From positions 1,044,293 to 1,108,292 of the forward strand of contig CAVPOC010000008.1 of assembly GCA_963706955.1 (NCBI GenBank): a stretch of 64,000 nt of DNA, read 5' to 3'. Shown one piece after another: positions 1 to 12,498 of the stretch. Position 1 is the stretch's first letter; every line of letters starts with the position of its first letter. The notes beneath the pieces are model-generated. The model was not told the origin of the DNA and ran no database searches. It worked only from the letters and a program-made list of their open reading frames with translations. Origin of the DNA: an uncultured Verrucomicrobiae bacterium. GTDB taxonomy: Bacteria > Verrucomicrobiota > Verrucomicrobiia > Chthoniobacterales > Terrimicrobiaceae. A program made the translations under genes and the position numbers.

Positions 1-572
1 CCCGAGACTTAGAGGCAGCAACTCAGCATAGAACAGGTCGGTGTCGAGAACCAGAGCATCCACCCCCACCGCACTGAGTGTCTCGGGCCAGGACTGGAAC
101 ATGCCACTGGTCATCGCGGCACACGCCTCGATGGAAAGCTGCAGAGCCTCTTCTCCCCGCGCGTCCCGATCCCGCGGACATATTGATCGACCGAGCCGAT
201 TGGAAACTCGCGTTCACAACAGGGAAGGAATGGTAAGCCAGCGGCGCGAACCAAAGGCTCGGTGTCCGGCAAACAGATCAAGACTATTCGCGAGTCCGCG
301 ACTGAACCTTGCGGGCCAGTGCACTCATTGGATTGAGGTGTCCCGGCACCGGAACAGAAACAAATCCAATTTTCATAGCTGCAGTGATCTACGCCGGCGA
401 TCTTGTGGTTGGGCCGGTTGCACTGTCAAGTGCCGCCAACGTTGTCCGAATAGCGTCCAGGACCGTTCACGCTGTCGCATTCGTCAACTTCTACTTTGCG
501 ATAACCGTCCGCAGCGTCGATATAACTGTCCGAGTGGGCACCCTGTGGTTGGGATTGAGGCCGATCAACTAA

Positions 573-1331
573 GTGACTACTATTCGTGTTAAGAATCTTG
601 AGCTCATGAGCGCATATCCAGCTCCCGACGATGCGAAACCCATGCTCGCACAATTCGAAGAGTTGGCTCGAAAGCGCCGCGCGACTCGCCACTTTCTGCC
701 GCAACCCGTCGAGCACGAGTTGATCGAACGTTTGCTGCGAACAGCACAATGGGCGCCGAGTGGATATAACCTTCAGCCCACACGATTCATTGTGGTAGCC
801 GATCCTACCACCCGATCGAGGATCAGATCGGCATGCATGAATCAAGCATCCATCGAGGAGGCTCCCATCGTGATCGTGTTCGCCGGAGACCACCTTGCGT
901 CCGACAGGTTGGAGGAAGTTCTAAACCGGGATCTTGCAGCTGGTGCGATTACTCCCGATTACGCCAAGTTCCTGCGCAAGATTGTGCGTTTGATGTTCAA
1001 ACACGGGCCGCTCGGCATCAATTGGCTTTGGAAAGCAACCCTAATACCCCTCGCAAGGCTGTCAGTTCCAATCCCCGAGATCATGGCCGTCCACAAACGC
1101 TTTTGGCTCGCGAAACAGGTTGCGCTCTGCGCGATGAATTTCATGCTTGCGGCGGAGGCGGCGGGCCTAGGGACAGTCCCGATGGAAGGCTTCGATGCCG
1201 GGCGATTGCGCCGCGCGCTTGACTTGCCGCGCTCGTGGGAACCGATTCTTGTCGTTCCGATTGGCTACGCCAAGACAGACCCGCCCAAGAGGACACGGGT
1301 GCCGCTGCAACGGGTCATCCTTTGGCGATAG
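573..1331 (+). CDS. Nitroreductase family protein
   Basis: RRATRHF, APSGYNLQPTRF and GLGTVPMEGFD motifs are typical of the nitroreductase fold. Confidence 0.9.
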   Translation: MTTIRVKNLELMSAYPAPDDAKPMLAQFEELARKRRATRHFLPQPVEHELIERLLRTAQWAPSGYNLQPTRFIVVADPTTRSRIRSACMNQASIEEAPIVIVFAGDHLASDRLEEVLNRDLAAGAITPDYAKFLRKIVRLMFKHGPLGINWLWKATLIPLARLSVPIPEIMAVHKRFWLAKQVALCAMNFMLAAEAAGLGTVPMEGFDAGRLRRALDLPRSWEPILVVPIGYAKTDPPKRTRVPLQRVILWR

Positions 1332-2240
1332 ACTGCTAGCTCAATTACGTAGCATTATCGGACCGCAAATGTCGGTCGCAGCGATGCCTTTTGCGCGCGC
1401 TGAAGTCCGAAAGAGACATCTTCATGATGCTGGGGAAACAGTGCCGTCGCTCGCAGCAGGCCGAAGAAAAATTAGTCAACTTAGCTTAAAAAGGTCAGGA
1501 GGACGCGGGCCTTGGGCCATTGGCAATACCTCTAAGCGCGCTCATCACTCTTTTGCGGACGCATCTTCTCAGACGGAGGTCCTCTCAACTATATTACGGA
1601 TTGCGGGCGCTCACTGGCAGCACTGCAAAAACTAAACTAACCTATGACAAACCCGAACTAGTAGAACTCAATGCTTCCGAAATGGAAGCGATCGGCGTCG
1701 GCTACGGCAGCAGCAGGCGTCCGAGACTCGGTGCGCTGATCGTGCTCCTTCTTCTAGCTCTCCTTCTCCGAAGCCGCACGGCGGCCCCAGATGCGGAAGC
1801 CGCCGCGGTCTGACGAGAGTATCTTCGGTCCGATGTCTGCAAAAAAGCCTCTTGCGGCAATTCGTCTCGAAGATTTATGGGCAGGCACACGGGGATCGTC
1901 CCGTGTGCCTGCTTCGTCAAAGGTTTTCATGATGGTATGCAGCGATTCACATTTGATCCACCCCTCTCGTGATCCGCGCATAAACCGCCGCCCCGCACTG
2001 ACAGCGCTCGCCAAAACTCGCGCTCTCTGAGTGCCCTTTTCGGAATCATTCCTGAGAGATGCCATAGGCAGTCCTAACCCGATTACCGCTGAGAAAAAAA
2101 GAGAACCCACGAGCCGTTCGCCTGTGGTCTCCTTGCGATAATTCTCAGCTTCAATTGTAGCGGCGGCCTGGGCGCCTCCCCTGCGCCGACCGGGCCCTGC
2201 CGCCGTGGTGACACAACCGCTACAAAAGACCGACTACAGC

Positions 2241-3506
2241 TCAATCCATCTTGTTTTGCTGCCAGGATTCCTCGATCGCTTCGACGCCTGCTTCGGGAGT
2301 CATGTTTCCGGCGGCTATGTCTGCGGAGACGTCGTTAAAGACGCGTCCAGTGTCAGGTCCAAGCAACTGATCGATAGCAATCCCGATCCATTGGGACTTG
2401 CCGATCTCCTCGGCGATCGCCTTGAGGAAAGGATCCTTAATTGCTTGAGCCGTCCCTTCGACGGCGGGGATGAACACGCCTGCCTCAGCTATTTTGGTCT
2501 GGGTTTCTTTTCCGAGCCACACCCTCATGAAATCCACTGTCTCTTTAGGTGCCTGCTTGGAAACCAACCAACCGTCCAGGCTCGCGAACAGATCATTGGC
2601 TTTGCCCTTGCCATCTTTGACTTCAGGAAAGAAGAACCATCCCATCTTCTCGTTAGGAAGGCCCTTCTTGTCGGCAGCGTTTCTCCTGCCCTCGACCAAA
2701 TCCCAAGGGCCCATCAGATGAAAGGCCGCCTGGCCGTCGTGAAACACCCCCGATGCTTCCGGATAGGTGTTGGATAGATAGCCCTTCTGAAATGGCTCGA
2801 GGGCGGCGAGCTCTTTATAGAGCTGAAACGCCTTGAGTACGTTTGGATTAGCAAACCCGCCATCCTTGTCCTCATAAGCGGCCTGAAAGCCCTCCTTGCC
2901 GAGGATGCGCATCATGAGCAGGGCGGGGTAAAAATGCAGGGGCCACTTATCCTTGCCACCCGCCGCTATCGGCGTGATGCCCGCCGCCTTGAGCTTTTTG
3001 ACGGCTTCCATGAAATCCTCCCATTGTTTGATCTGCGTCGGATCGACACCAGCCTTTTGGCACAACTCTTTATTATACCAAAAAACCATTGGTGCGAGGT
3101 CGTTGGGCACCCCGTAGGCTTTACCGTCAACGACGAAATTTTGCGCGGTTGCAGGATAAAAGGTCTCGTTGAACCCTCCCTCGGCAATCTCGCTGGTGAT
3201 GTCTTTGCAGATGCCCGCGGCGACCTGTTCGTGCATCACTCCACCGCCCCAACTATGAAAGGCGCTCGGGCGGTCCTTGGACTGCAGCAGCGTCGGCAAT
3301 TTGGCCTTAAAAGCTTCATTCTCCAGATAGTTGAACTGCACGTCCACACCCGGATTGGCGGCTTCGTATTTTTTGGCAGCCTCCTCCCAAATCTCTAGGA
3401 TCTTGGGAACCGATTGCAGGTGAAGGATTTTGACGACGGTTTCCGCCCGCACGGACGAACTAAGCAATCCTAGCAGGGTACAGAGTAGTGATAGTGTGAG
3501 TTTCAT
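2241..3506 (-). CDS. Sugar ABC transporter substrate-binding protein
   Basis: Signal peptide; SBP family 1 motifs (FWYNKEL, GITPIAAGGKDKWP); lies downstream of two permeases. Confidence 0.9.
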   Translation of the reverse strand: MKLTLSLLCTLLGLLSSSVRAETVVKILHLQSVPKILEIWEEAAKKYEAANPGVDVQFNYLENEAFKAKLPTLLQSKDRPSAFHSWGGGVMHEQVAAGICKDITSEIAEGGFNETFYPATAQNFVVDGKAYGVPNDLAPMVFWYNKELCQKAGVDPTQIKQWEDFMEAVKKLKAAGITPIAAGGKDKWPLHFYPALLMMRILGKEGFQAAYEDKDGGFANPNVLKAFQLYKELAALEPFQKGYLSNTYPEASGVFHDGQAAFHLMGPWDLVEGRRNAADKKGLPNEKMGWFFFPEVKDGKGKANDLFASLDGWLVSKQAPKETVDFMRVWLGKETQTKIAEAGVFIPAVEGTAQAIKDPFLKAIAEEIGKSQWIGIAIDQLLGPDTGRVFNDVSADIAAGNMTPEAGVEAIEESWQQNKMD

Positions 3507-3738
3507 GGCGTTGTTTCTATGGTGAAAATGCGACGTCCGATCGCATGCTTGATTTGCGGTTTTAGGGGGTTCAGATTTGCCGTCTAGCTACCGGCTTTCG
3601 GCTCCGTGGGAAGATAGCCTCGACGGGAGCCCGCTGGCAAGGACGCTCGTTAGTATCGTTGTGGAGGTCACGGTTTGTCTAGCGCCGTCCGGGATCGATG
3701 CCGTTCAGGGATATGATCCAGTCGATTCATAGTCCGCT

Positions 3739-4565
3739 CTATCCCTTGACCGCGCCAGAGGTGAGGCCGGCAATAATATGTTTTTGTGCCGCCAGATAAA
3801 AGAGGATCGCCGGTGCGAGAGTCAGGCTGATGTAGGCGAGGACCTTGCCCCAGTCGGTTCCATATTGGCCCTGGTACTGCATGATGCCCAATGGCCAAGG
3901 ATAGAGCGATTCACTATTGATCATTACCAGAGGCAGCAGAAAGGCATTCCAGCTCCCAACCAAGGCCAGGACGCCGACTGTTGCCAGCACCGGTCGCGAC
4001 AAAGGCAGCGTGATCTGCCAGAAATAGCGCGTGTAACTGCAGCCATCGACCACCGCCGCCTCGAGCAGTTCTTTGGGCAATTGCGAAAAGAAGCCCGTGC
4101 AAGATCACCACCGAAAAGCCAAGGTTAAAGGCTACCTGAGGCAGAATCACCCCCCAATAGGTATCCAGCAGCCCTAAATCGCGCACTCGAATGAAGACCG
4201 GCAAGACCGCGGTCGCGAAGGGAAAGGTCAGCCCAAGCGCCAGATAATTGCCGATCAATTTTCGGCCGGCAAAATGCATGTGGGAGAGCGTGAACGCGGC
4301 CATCGAACTGACCAGCACCGTTAGCGACGGTGCTCACAAGGGCGATGATGGCCGAGTTTCCGAGCATCTGCCAAAAGCGGTGGCCCGTGAGGATCTCGAT
4401 GTAATTGTCGACGATCCATTCTCGGGGCAGTCCGAAAGCATTGGTGCGCAAGTCTCCCGTCGTTTTAAAACCGCCGATGACCGTTGCCCACAAGGGCAGG
4501 ATCACTGGGCCGGAAATCAAAAACAGTATCAGGAGCCGATAATAACGAAAAAGTCCTCTATCCAT
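3739..4565 (-). CDS. Carbohydrate ABC permease (MalG-like), split by two indels
   Basis: ORF pieces 4125-4565, 3914-4318 and 3739-4080; EAA motif ELLEAAVVDG; C-terminal IAGLTSGAVKG. Confidence 0.85.
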
Positions 4566-4567
4566 AA

Positions 4568-5531
4568 TTAGCGAGCCTCAGATTCGCGCATGAACAACCG
4601 CTTGTAGAAAATCATCACCAGCACGCAGATGACGAAGAGAATAACACCGACGGCGCTGCCGAAGCCGACCCTCATGCGCTTGATTCCAAACGTGTACAAG
4701 TAGGACACCGCCGAGTGGGTCGAATTCGACGGGCCACCATCCGTTAGCGGGATGATCATGTCGAAGAACTGCAGCGAGCCCAAAATGCTGAAGAACAGCG
4801 AAAGGACAATGACGTGCTTCATCATCGGGAGCACGACGTGCAGGGTCGATTTCCAGCGACTGGCGCCATCGATTTGCGCTGCCTCGAGGATCTCACTGGA
4901 AATGCCCTGCCGGCCGGCAACAAACAACGCCATGTGGAAACCAAAATATTTCCAAATGACGACCACCAAGAGGGCGGCCATGGCCCAGCCCTTCTCGGCG
5001 AGCACTTGCGGCGCTTCGAGACCGAACCAGCTGTAAATCACGGCAACGACACCGTAGTTGCCATCATACATGTAGCGCCAGATCAGGCCGGCCGCGACCT
5101 CGCCAAGGATGTATGGCAGAAAGAAAACCGCCCGGAAGAACACGCTCGAGCGCTGTCCGATCCGAGATCAACAGAGCGACACTCAGCGCGAGCGGCACTT
5201 GGATGAATGCCGAGACGAGGATCACCAGCAGGTTGTTGAAAAGCGCATTGTGGAAAATGGGATCGCTTAGTGCCCGAACATAGTTCTGCAGATTGATCCA
5301 TTTCGTCGGCGCCCCGTATCCGTTCCAGTTGTAAAATCCGTAATAGGCTGCTTCCACCACCGGGAAGGTCACGAATATGGTAAACAGGAGAAGTGCCGGG
5401 GGTAGAAAGAGAAGGCAGGTGGTAAGTTGGCCCGATTGTGAAAAGTCCCGCAGACGCTTGCCAATGGTTTGCTTTGCAACCGCAGGCGGCGGCGCGGTCT
5501 CCTGTGTGGAAGTAAGTTCTTTGCTAATCAC
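4568..5531 (-). CDS. Carbohydrate ABC permease (MalF-like), one indel
   Basis: ORF pieces 5064-5531 and 4568-5143; EILEAAQIDGA motif. Confidence 0.85.
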
Positions 5532-5779
5532 AGGACGTTTCAGCTAAAGGTTGTAACTTAGTCGCGCATTCCACGAGGCCGGATTCTCCTCGAGAGCCGT
5601 GCCGGAAGCGATGCTTGGCTGAGTTTGCTCGATAAGAAGGCAGGGGGCGATGGTCTCGGCATCATACGAAATGCTCCGGTGGTCGTTGTGGTCCTCGCAA
5701 GCCAACTAACCAGATCTAGTCTCATCTTGGATAGGATGTCCGGCCACGATTTGAAGATTCGTCCGACTGGTTTGTGGCA

Positions 5780-6932
5780 TTATTGTGTGGATTTCTGAAG
5801 CGGATTCCAGGTCGCCGGCAATGGCTCGGCCAGCTTGCAGGTCGTGGCGAAGGAAACTGTTTGTCCCGAGTCGGCCGATCGGATGATCGACTCCATGATG
5901 TCGAGGACGTGGAGGGCCAGATCGGCGCTGGCGCGGGGGCTGCCGCCACTGCGCACCGCGCGCGCCAAGTCCAACGCTCCCATGCCGCGACCTTCCGCGC
6001 TGCCCTCCGCCGGAAACTCTGTCCAATCGGCATCGGTTGGCGCGTCCAACCACTCTTGTGGAGAAGTCTTGTTGAGATCTTTCTTGCAGACGAACACGGA
6101 ACCATCAAAGGCGTTCGGGTCGGGCAAGCGGATGGCGCCCCCTGTGCCATGGACTTCCAGCTCGCGTGTCGCAATGGGCTCGTCAAAGCTGAATCTGGCA
6201 GTGGCGATCGGCCCGGAGGCAAACTCCAGCAGCGCCGAGATCTGCGTATCCACGGTGACTTCGAAGGTCTCTCCCGCGCGCGGCCCGCTGCCGATCGTCC
6301 GTTTATTCTGGGCTCGCCGGCCAAAGCCGGAGACCGTCTTCACGGGGCCAAAGAGCTGGACGAGCGCAGTGAGGTAGTATGGGCCCATATCCAGCAGCGG
6401 CCCTCCACCTTTTTGGAAAAGAAACTCTGGGTTTGGATGCCAGGCATCCGGGCCTGGATAGCCAAACGTGGCCTTGGCCGAGATCGGGGTGCCTATCCGG
6501 CCAGCCTCGATCACTCGGCGTGCCGTCTGCAAGCCCGCACCCAGGAAGGTGTCGGGAGCATTGCCCAAGTGGACTTTGTTCTCAGCAGCCGCCGCGATAA
6601 TCGTCTCGGCCCTCTTCGAGCGACAACGCGAACGGCTTCTCGCCATAGACATGCTTGCCTGAACGAATCGCCTGGAGCGCCACGCTGGCGTGGACCGCAG
6701 GGATGGTCAGATTTATGATCAATTCAACGTCGGGCATCTCCAAAACCGTGGCCAGATCCGCGGAGTGCGGCACCCCGTACTTCGCCGCCTGTGCCGACGC
6801 GCGACTCAAATCGATGTCCGCGCACGCAATGACGTTGACATCTGGGAAGCGGACCAGGTTCGTCAGGTATTGGTCGCTGATGTTACCGCAACCAACGACG
6901 GCAATTCCGACCGGTTCAAAAGTATTGCTCAT
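5780..6932 (-). CDS. Gfo/Idh/MocA oxidoreductase, frameshifted
   Basis: N-terminal VVGCGNIS, GKHVYGEKP, then GGGPLLDMGPYY in the next frame. Confidence 0.85.
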
Positions 6933-6963
6933 AGATGTTTTCTCGTTGGAATCGTTTGACCGA

Positions 6964-7868
6964 TTATCGATTGGCGGTAAATGCATCCGGGCCGAACTGC
7001 TTGGCAATCCAGGCTGCGGAAATTTTCGTGGATTCGAGGTTTGTCGGGGCCTCGGGCACGTCGACTTCGACAACGATCCAGCCGTTAAACGATGAGGGAA
7101 GCGCGCCCAACGCCGGCGGCCAGGTCGATATCGCCCCGACCCGGCTCTGTCCAGACGGTAAACTTTCCTCGGGTGGCCTCGTGGTAGCTGGCGCCGGCAG
7201 CTTTTGACTGCCTTCACTTGATCGGCATGAACATCCTTGAGATGCATTCCTGCGATTCGCGTGGAATAACGACTCATGATCTTGACTGGGTCCACTCCGG
7301 CCCAGGTGAGATGGCCGGTATCCGGACCGAATCCGAGGATCGAGTCTGGGACGCCCTGCAGAACCGTATCGATTTCGTTTTCCACTTCGATCGCGCTTCC
7401 GACGTGAGGGTGCAGCATGGGCCGCACTCCTTCAGCGACAATGGCGGCTAGCCGCGGCGCCGACGCCATCGACGACTTTCGCCAAGATCGGCCGCGTCAG
7501 CATCCGCACCGATCGCCGGATGTTCTACACGGACTCCGTCCACATTGGCGGCAAGGAAGACCTCTGTGTTGCCGAGCTCCGCCTGAACAGCCGCATGCCG
7601 TTTCGCGCTCTCGGCGATCTTGATCCAGCGGAGTGTCATGGAACGACGCTGCAAAGTAACCGGGTGCCGGAACAAACCCATAATCGGCAAGAAGAGCACG
7701 GTACTCGGACGGCGTCAACTCGGCCGGCGGGTCGGCCTGGATCGCTTTGAACGGAGTGGTGGCGATTTCTGAAAAGGCTTGGCGAAGGACCGGAACAGAA
7801 AGGTCAAATCCTCTTTCAGTGAGCACCCACGGGAGCGGGTTCAAGGCGATTTTGGCGTGGCTGGTCAT
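6964..7868 (-). CDS. Sugar phosphate isomerase/epimerase (IolE-like TIM barrel), several indels
   Basis: HPHVGSAIE, GPDTGHL and MHLKDV metal-binding motifs found across frames. Confidence 0.75.
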
Positions 7869-8081
7869 AGGTGGTTGTCCCGGCAGACTAGCCGGACAAC
7901 CCCTCCTCAGATAGAATTTCTCAATGGCCTTTAGAACATTCGTCCGACTTTCCGACAGTCGAAGCACTTTCCGGCGATGCAGACGCGCCAGCCGGCCGGC
8001 TGCAACCGATCGCCTCCGCGGTTGACATCATGAACCGCAGAAAGCCGCAGGCTCTCGGCGTACCCGAATCAGGTCGTCAGT

Positions 8082-8956
8082 TCAACTGTGCTTTGCTGAG
8101 AGCGAAACGCTGCCGGCGGTTGTGCCGAAGAAGCGTCGAAAGTGGCGATTGAGGTGCGCCTGGTCACAGAAGCCCGTGGTGGCTGCGATCTCGGCCAATG
8201 AAAGGGAAGGATTGCGCTGGCCGATGAGTTTGCGCGCGTGGTTTAGGCGGACGAGGAGCAAATATTGATGCGGGGTATGGCCGGTGAGTTGACGGAACAT
8301 GAGCGCAAAATGACTGCGACTCATCTTCGCCAGCGAAGCCAGCTCGTTCAAAGAGAGGTCTTCGGCAAAATCTTTCTCCAGACGCTCAACTGCTCGCCTG
8401 ATGTCCAGGCGGAACAGCCGTCTTTCGTTCCCCTTTTTTACAGTCCCAAGCACGCGCAAAGCTAGGGCACGGGCAAGCGGCTCGAAATAGAGCGGACCAT
8501 GTGGGCATTGATCCTCGGTCTCTTCCATGAGAAGCCGGCATAAGGCTTCCGTCCGCTGGTCGATGGCAAAGAAATGATGCCAATGCGACTTCGGAGATAA
8601 CCTCGAAGAGCCCCATCTCTTTGGCCATCGCCTCGAAAAAAGCAGGCGAGAAGCTGAAGTTAACAACAAAGCCCGCGGCACCCTCCCACTCGCCAAAAAC
8701 CGGCACGCCTGGAGGCGAAACAAAGATATTTCCCCGGTGAATGTGGTGATGGTGCAAACCAAGCTCCGGAACCGTAATCCACGTGTCTCCCTTCTCTGTT
8801 CTTGGCCTGTACCAGAAGGTGTAAGTGTTCTGAGCGGGAGTTACGGCAGAGGAAACGTTGGCGGGAAGCCTGTGGATGGCGACTTTGAGCGCATCGACCC
8901 CGGAGCGATCGCTCCGCAGAACAACCAGAGTCATTAACATTTAAAGCTCCGGCCAT
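8082..8956 (-). CDS. AraC family regulator, copy 1 (indels)
   Basis: AraC HTH (MSRSHFALMFR...GFCDQAHLNRHFRR); closely paralogous to 9033-10007. Confidence 0.85.
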
Positions 8957-9032
8957 TTTTGGCTACAGCTTCACGCGCAGGAACATAACAGCTCAATCTC
9001 GGACGGCACTCGAAACCTCTCGCTGGCAGAAT

Positions 9033-10007
9033 TCACAGATTCAGGACGTTCGCGCTCGTCGGTCTTTGACCTAACGCCGGATCACCCTGCCGCGACATCG
9101 CTGACTGCTTGCCAGGCGGAGCGTGAACAACGCTGTGCTGTGACCGGAAAGCTGCGGGGGTCGTGCCGAAAACGCGGCGAAAATGACGGCTGAGGTGCGC
9201 TTGGTCGCAAAAGCCGCTTGCCGCGGCAATCTCGGCCAGCGGAAGTGCCGAGTTGCCTTGCGCGATGAGTTTGCGCGCATGATTTAACCGCACCAAAAGC
9301 AGGTATTGGTGCGGCGTGTAACCCGTAAATTCTCGAAACATGAGCGCAAAATGGCTGCGGCTCATCTGCGCCATGGTCGCAAGTTCACCCAAAGAAATCT
9401 CGTCCGCGAAATCGGTTTCCAGATGTTGGACAGCGTGGCGGATGCCCGGTGGCACGCTCGCAGCACGCCAGGCGCGGCCGCGCTGATCGCGCACCGTCCC
9501 CAGAACCTTCAGCGCCAAGGCGCGGGCAAGTGGCTCGAAGTAGAGCGGACCATTGGGACATTGTTCCTCGGTTTCCTCCATCAGGAGCCGACACAATGCT
9601 TCGATCCGCTGGTCGATGGCAAAAAAATGGTGCCAAGGCCGCTTTGAAATAAGCTCTGAAAGACCCATCTGCGCGGCAAGAGATTCGAAAAAGCGGGCAT
9701 CGAAACTGAAGTTGGCCACGGTGCCCTCAGCCTCTTCCTGTTCACCATGCACAGGCAAGGCAGGCGGAGAGATCAGCAAGTGATTGCGACTGACATGATG
9801 GTGGTCCAACCCAAGCTCCGGAACCGTCAACCATGTGTGTCCTCTCTCTGCCCGCGGCCTGTACCAAAACGTGTAAGCGTCTTGTTCAGGTGTGAAGGAC
9901 GACCAGGCATTCGCCGGAAACCTGTGGATGGTAACCGATAGCTCCTTGACCGCGGAGCGATCGCTCCGGTGAATAATCAAGTCATTGACGTTTATCGGCC
10001 CGGGCAT
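9033..10007 (-). CDS. AraC family regulator, copy 2
   Basis: AraC HTH GFCDQAHLSRHFRRVFGTTP. Confidence 0.9.
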   Translation of the reverse strand: MPGPINVNDLIIHRSDRSAVKELSVTIHRFPANAWSSFTPEQDAYTFWYRPRAERGHTWLTVPELGLDHHHVSRNHLLISPPALPVHGEQEEAEGTVANFSFDARFFESLAAQMGLSELISKRPWHHFFAIDQRIEALCRLLMEETEEQCPNGPLYFEPLARALALKVLGTVRDQRGRAWRAASVPPGIRHAVQHLETDFADEISLGELATMAQMSRSHFALMFREFTGYTPHQYLLLVRLNHARKLIAQGNSALPLAEIAAASGFCDQAHLSRHFRRVFGTTPAAFRSQHSVVHAPPGKQSAMSRQGDPALGQRPTSANVLNL

Positions 10008-10098
10008 TTTTGGCTACATCTTCCGGCGGAGGAACATAGCAGCTCGGTGGTTCGGGCACACTCAAAAATCTTCTGCACCGCATTGATCGTTGGCGGAC

Positions 10099-12496
10099 TC
10101 AAGCTGGCAACGGCTCGATTCTCGCGATGCTCTCCATGCGCCAGTGGCAGCCGAGCACGCGGTTTTCACCGACGACTTCGATCCTGCCTTTCGATTTGAT
10201 GTCGCTGCTGGATGCACCGACGAATAGCTCGAATTCGCCGGCCTCGACCACGCGCTGATAGGCGGTATTGGTGAAATTGAGCATGTCCACGGGAATGGAG
10301 AAGCTCACCACCGCGCGTTCTTTCGGCCGCAGCGTGACTCTCTGGAAAGCCTTCAACTCCTTTACCGGGCGGACCAATGACGCGAAGACGTCGCGGAAGT
10401 AGACTTGAACGACTTCGCACCCCTCGCGCTCGCCGGTATTCTCAAGGTCGATCGCCACCTCCACGGTTCCATCACTGGTGCTGACTTGATTCTCTTTAAT
10501 CCGCAATTCGCGATAGGTGAACTGGGTATAGCTCAGGCCATAACCAAACGCGTACTTGGTGCCGAAGTGATAAGCGATCGGAGCGCCGCCACTCTTGAGC
10601 TTGTGGTTATAGTAGTACGGCACCGCGCCGACATTTTTTGGGATCGAGACTACCAGGCGTCCGCTAGGGTTTTCCTTGCCCGTTAGGAGATCCGCTATGG
10701 CTTCGCCTCCTTCCTGACCTGGTTGGAACGCCATCAGAACTGCTGCGGCTTGGTCTTCGAGCCCATTGAGAGAATACGGGCGGCCGGAGGTAACCACCAC
10801 CACTGTGGGTGTGCCGGTCGCGATGATTCGCCGGACGAGCTCTTCCTGGACCCCTGGCAATTGGAGGCTGTCAGTGTCTGAACCTTCGCCCACCGTTCCG
10901 GTCTGGAACAAGCCGGCCAAGTCGCCAACGAAAACGATGGCGACATCGGACTGCTGCGCGCACTCCACCGCGCTGTCGATCTGAGAAAGATCACGGCTGA
11001 TTGGCGAGGTTCGCTTCAGGCTTGCCGCGACGTCGGAATCGACGTCACCGGGAAAGACGGGCGCTTCCGGATTGCGTTCGGTCAGGATCTCGCATCCTTT
11101 CGCATAACGAACGTTGTTCTCACCAAATCGCTCCAGGAGAGCTTGCAGCGGGGTCTTGGCGTATTGGGCGTCTTCTTGCATGTTGGCGACGATCAAATGC
11201 ACCGGAAAGGAATAGCCACTAAACATCGCCAACTGATCGTCGGCGGTTGGACCTATCACCGCCACCTTCGGGCTCTTCGTAGGGTCCAGCGGAAGCACGC
11301 CGCGATTTTCCAGCAACACGATCGACTGCAACGCCACCTGTTTCGCGAGCTGTATTGCGTTTTCCGCTCGAAGGTTCAGCTGACTCTCGTCGGCATACGG
11401 GTTTTCAAAGAGACCTAGACGAAACTTCTCGGTGAGAATGCGCCCTACGATTTCATCGATCTTTTCCTCCGTTATTTGACCGCGTTTCAGCGCCTCTTGG
11501 AGATTTTCTGTGCAGTCAAACCCGGGCAATTCGATGTCCAAGCCTGCATTGAAGGCGAGCGCCGCCGCCTCGGCTTTGTCGCGGGCGACTGCGTGATGGA
11601 TATGGAGCAAGCTAACACCCCCATAGTCGGCGACAACGAGACCATCAAACCCCCACTGGTCTCTTAGAAGAGTCGTCAGCAGGTAATGCCACGAATGACA
11701 CGGCTCGTTGTCGATGTCATGATAGGCAGGCATGACCGAGCCCGGCATTGGCTTGCTTCACCGCCATTTCAAAAGGCAGCAGAAAGGTGTCGCTCAGTTC
11801 CTTGATGCCGAGATGCACGGGAGCATGATTGCGACCGCCCTCGCTGAAGGAATGACCTGCATAGTGCTTTAAGGTGGCCAGCAGTTCGCGATTCTCGCCC
11901 TGGAGTCCCCTGACGTAACGGGTAGCGAGAACACCGATGAGGTAAGGATCCTCTCCCATCGTTTCTTCGGTGCGTCCCCAGCGAACATCGCGCGACACGT
12001 CAAGAACGGGTGCGAGACCTTGATGACAACCAATCTGCTTGGCCTCTTTTCGAATCTCACCACCAACCTGCTCAATGAGCTCCGGATTCCAGGTCGAGCC
12101 GTAGTTCAAGGCGGAAGGAAAGAGCGTCGCACCTTTTGCCATGAGGCCGACCAGGCACTCTTCGTGCGACATCGCGGGGATGCCGAGCCGAGTCTCCTCG
12201 ACGAGAAACTTCTGCAGGGTGTTGAGGGCGCGGACGCCCTCTTTGGCATCGACCGGGTGGGTGCCGAGTGGCCGGGTGATTTGGCCCATCCCCGCCTTGA
12301 GCATCTCCTTGAAGGCCTCGCTCGTCGTCCTCTGTGCGAAAACATCCTCGCGCATGCGATGCTCGCCGTTCGCGGAGAGGATCAACCAATGAGAATACAT
12401 TTGGGCGATTTTCTCGGTCAAAGTCATCCGTCCGAGAAGGTCAACGACGCGTTCTGTGACCGGCAACCGAGAGTCTTTGTAGGGATATGTAACCAT
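10099..12496 (-). CDS. GH3 beta-glucosidase/beta-xylosidase, one indel near 11740
   Basis: RDVRWGRTEETMGEDP, LKHYAG, catalytic VADY, C-terminal Fn3-like RPVKELKAF. Confidence 0.9.
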
Positions 12497-12498
12497 GG
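12488..12498. repeat. Putative attL core TGTAACCATGG
   Basis: Identical to 24063-24073; both copies are followed by a similar (A/T)TTT(A/T)AG(G)AAAGGC. Confidence 0.65.
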
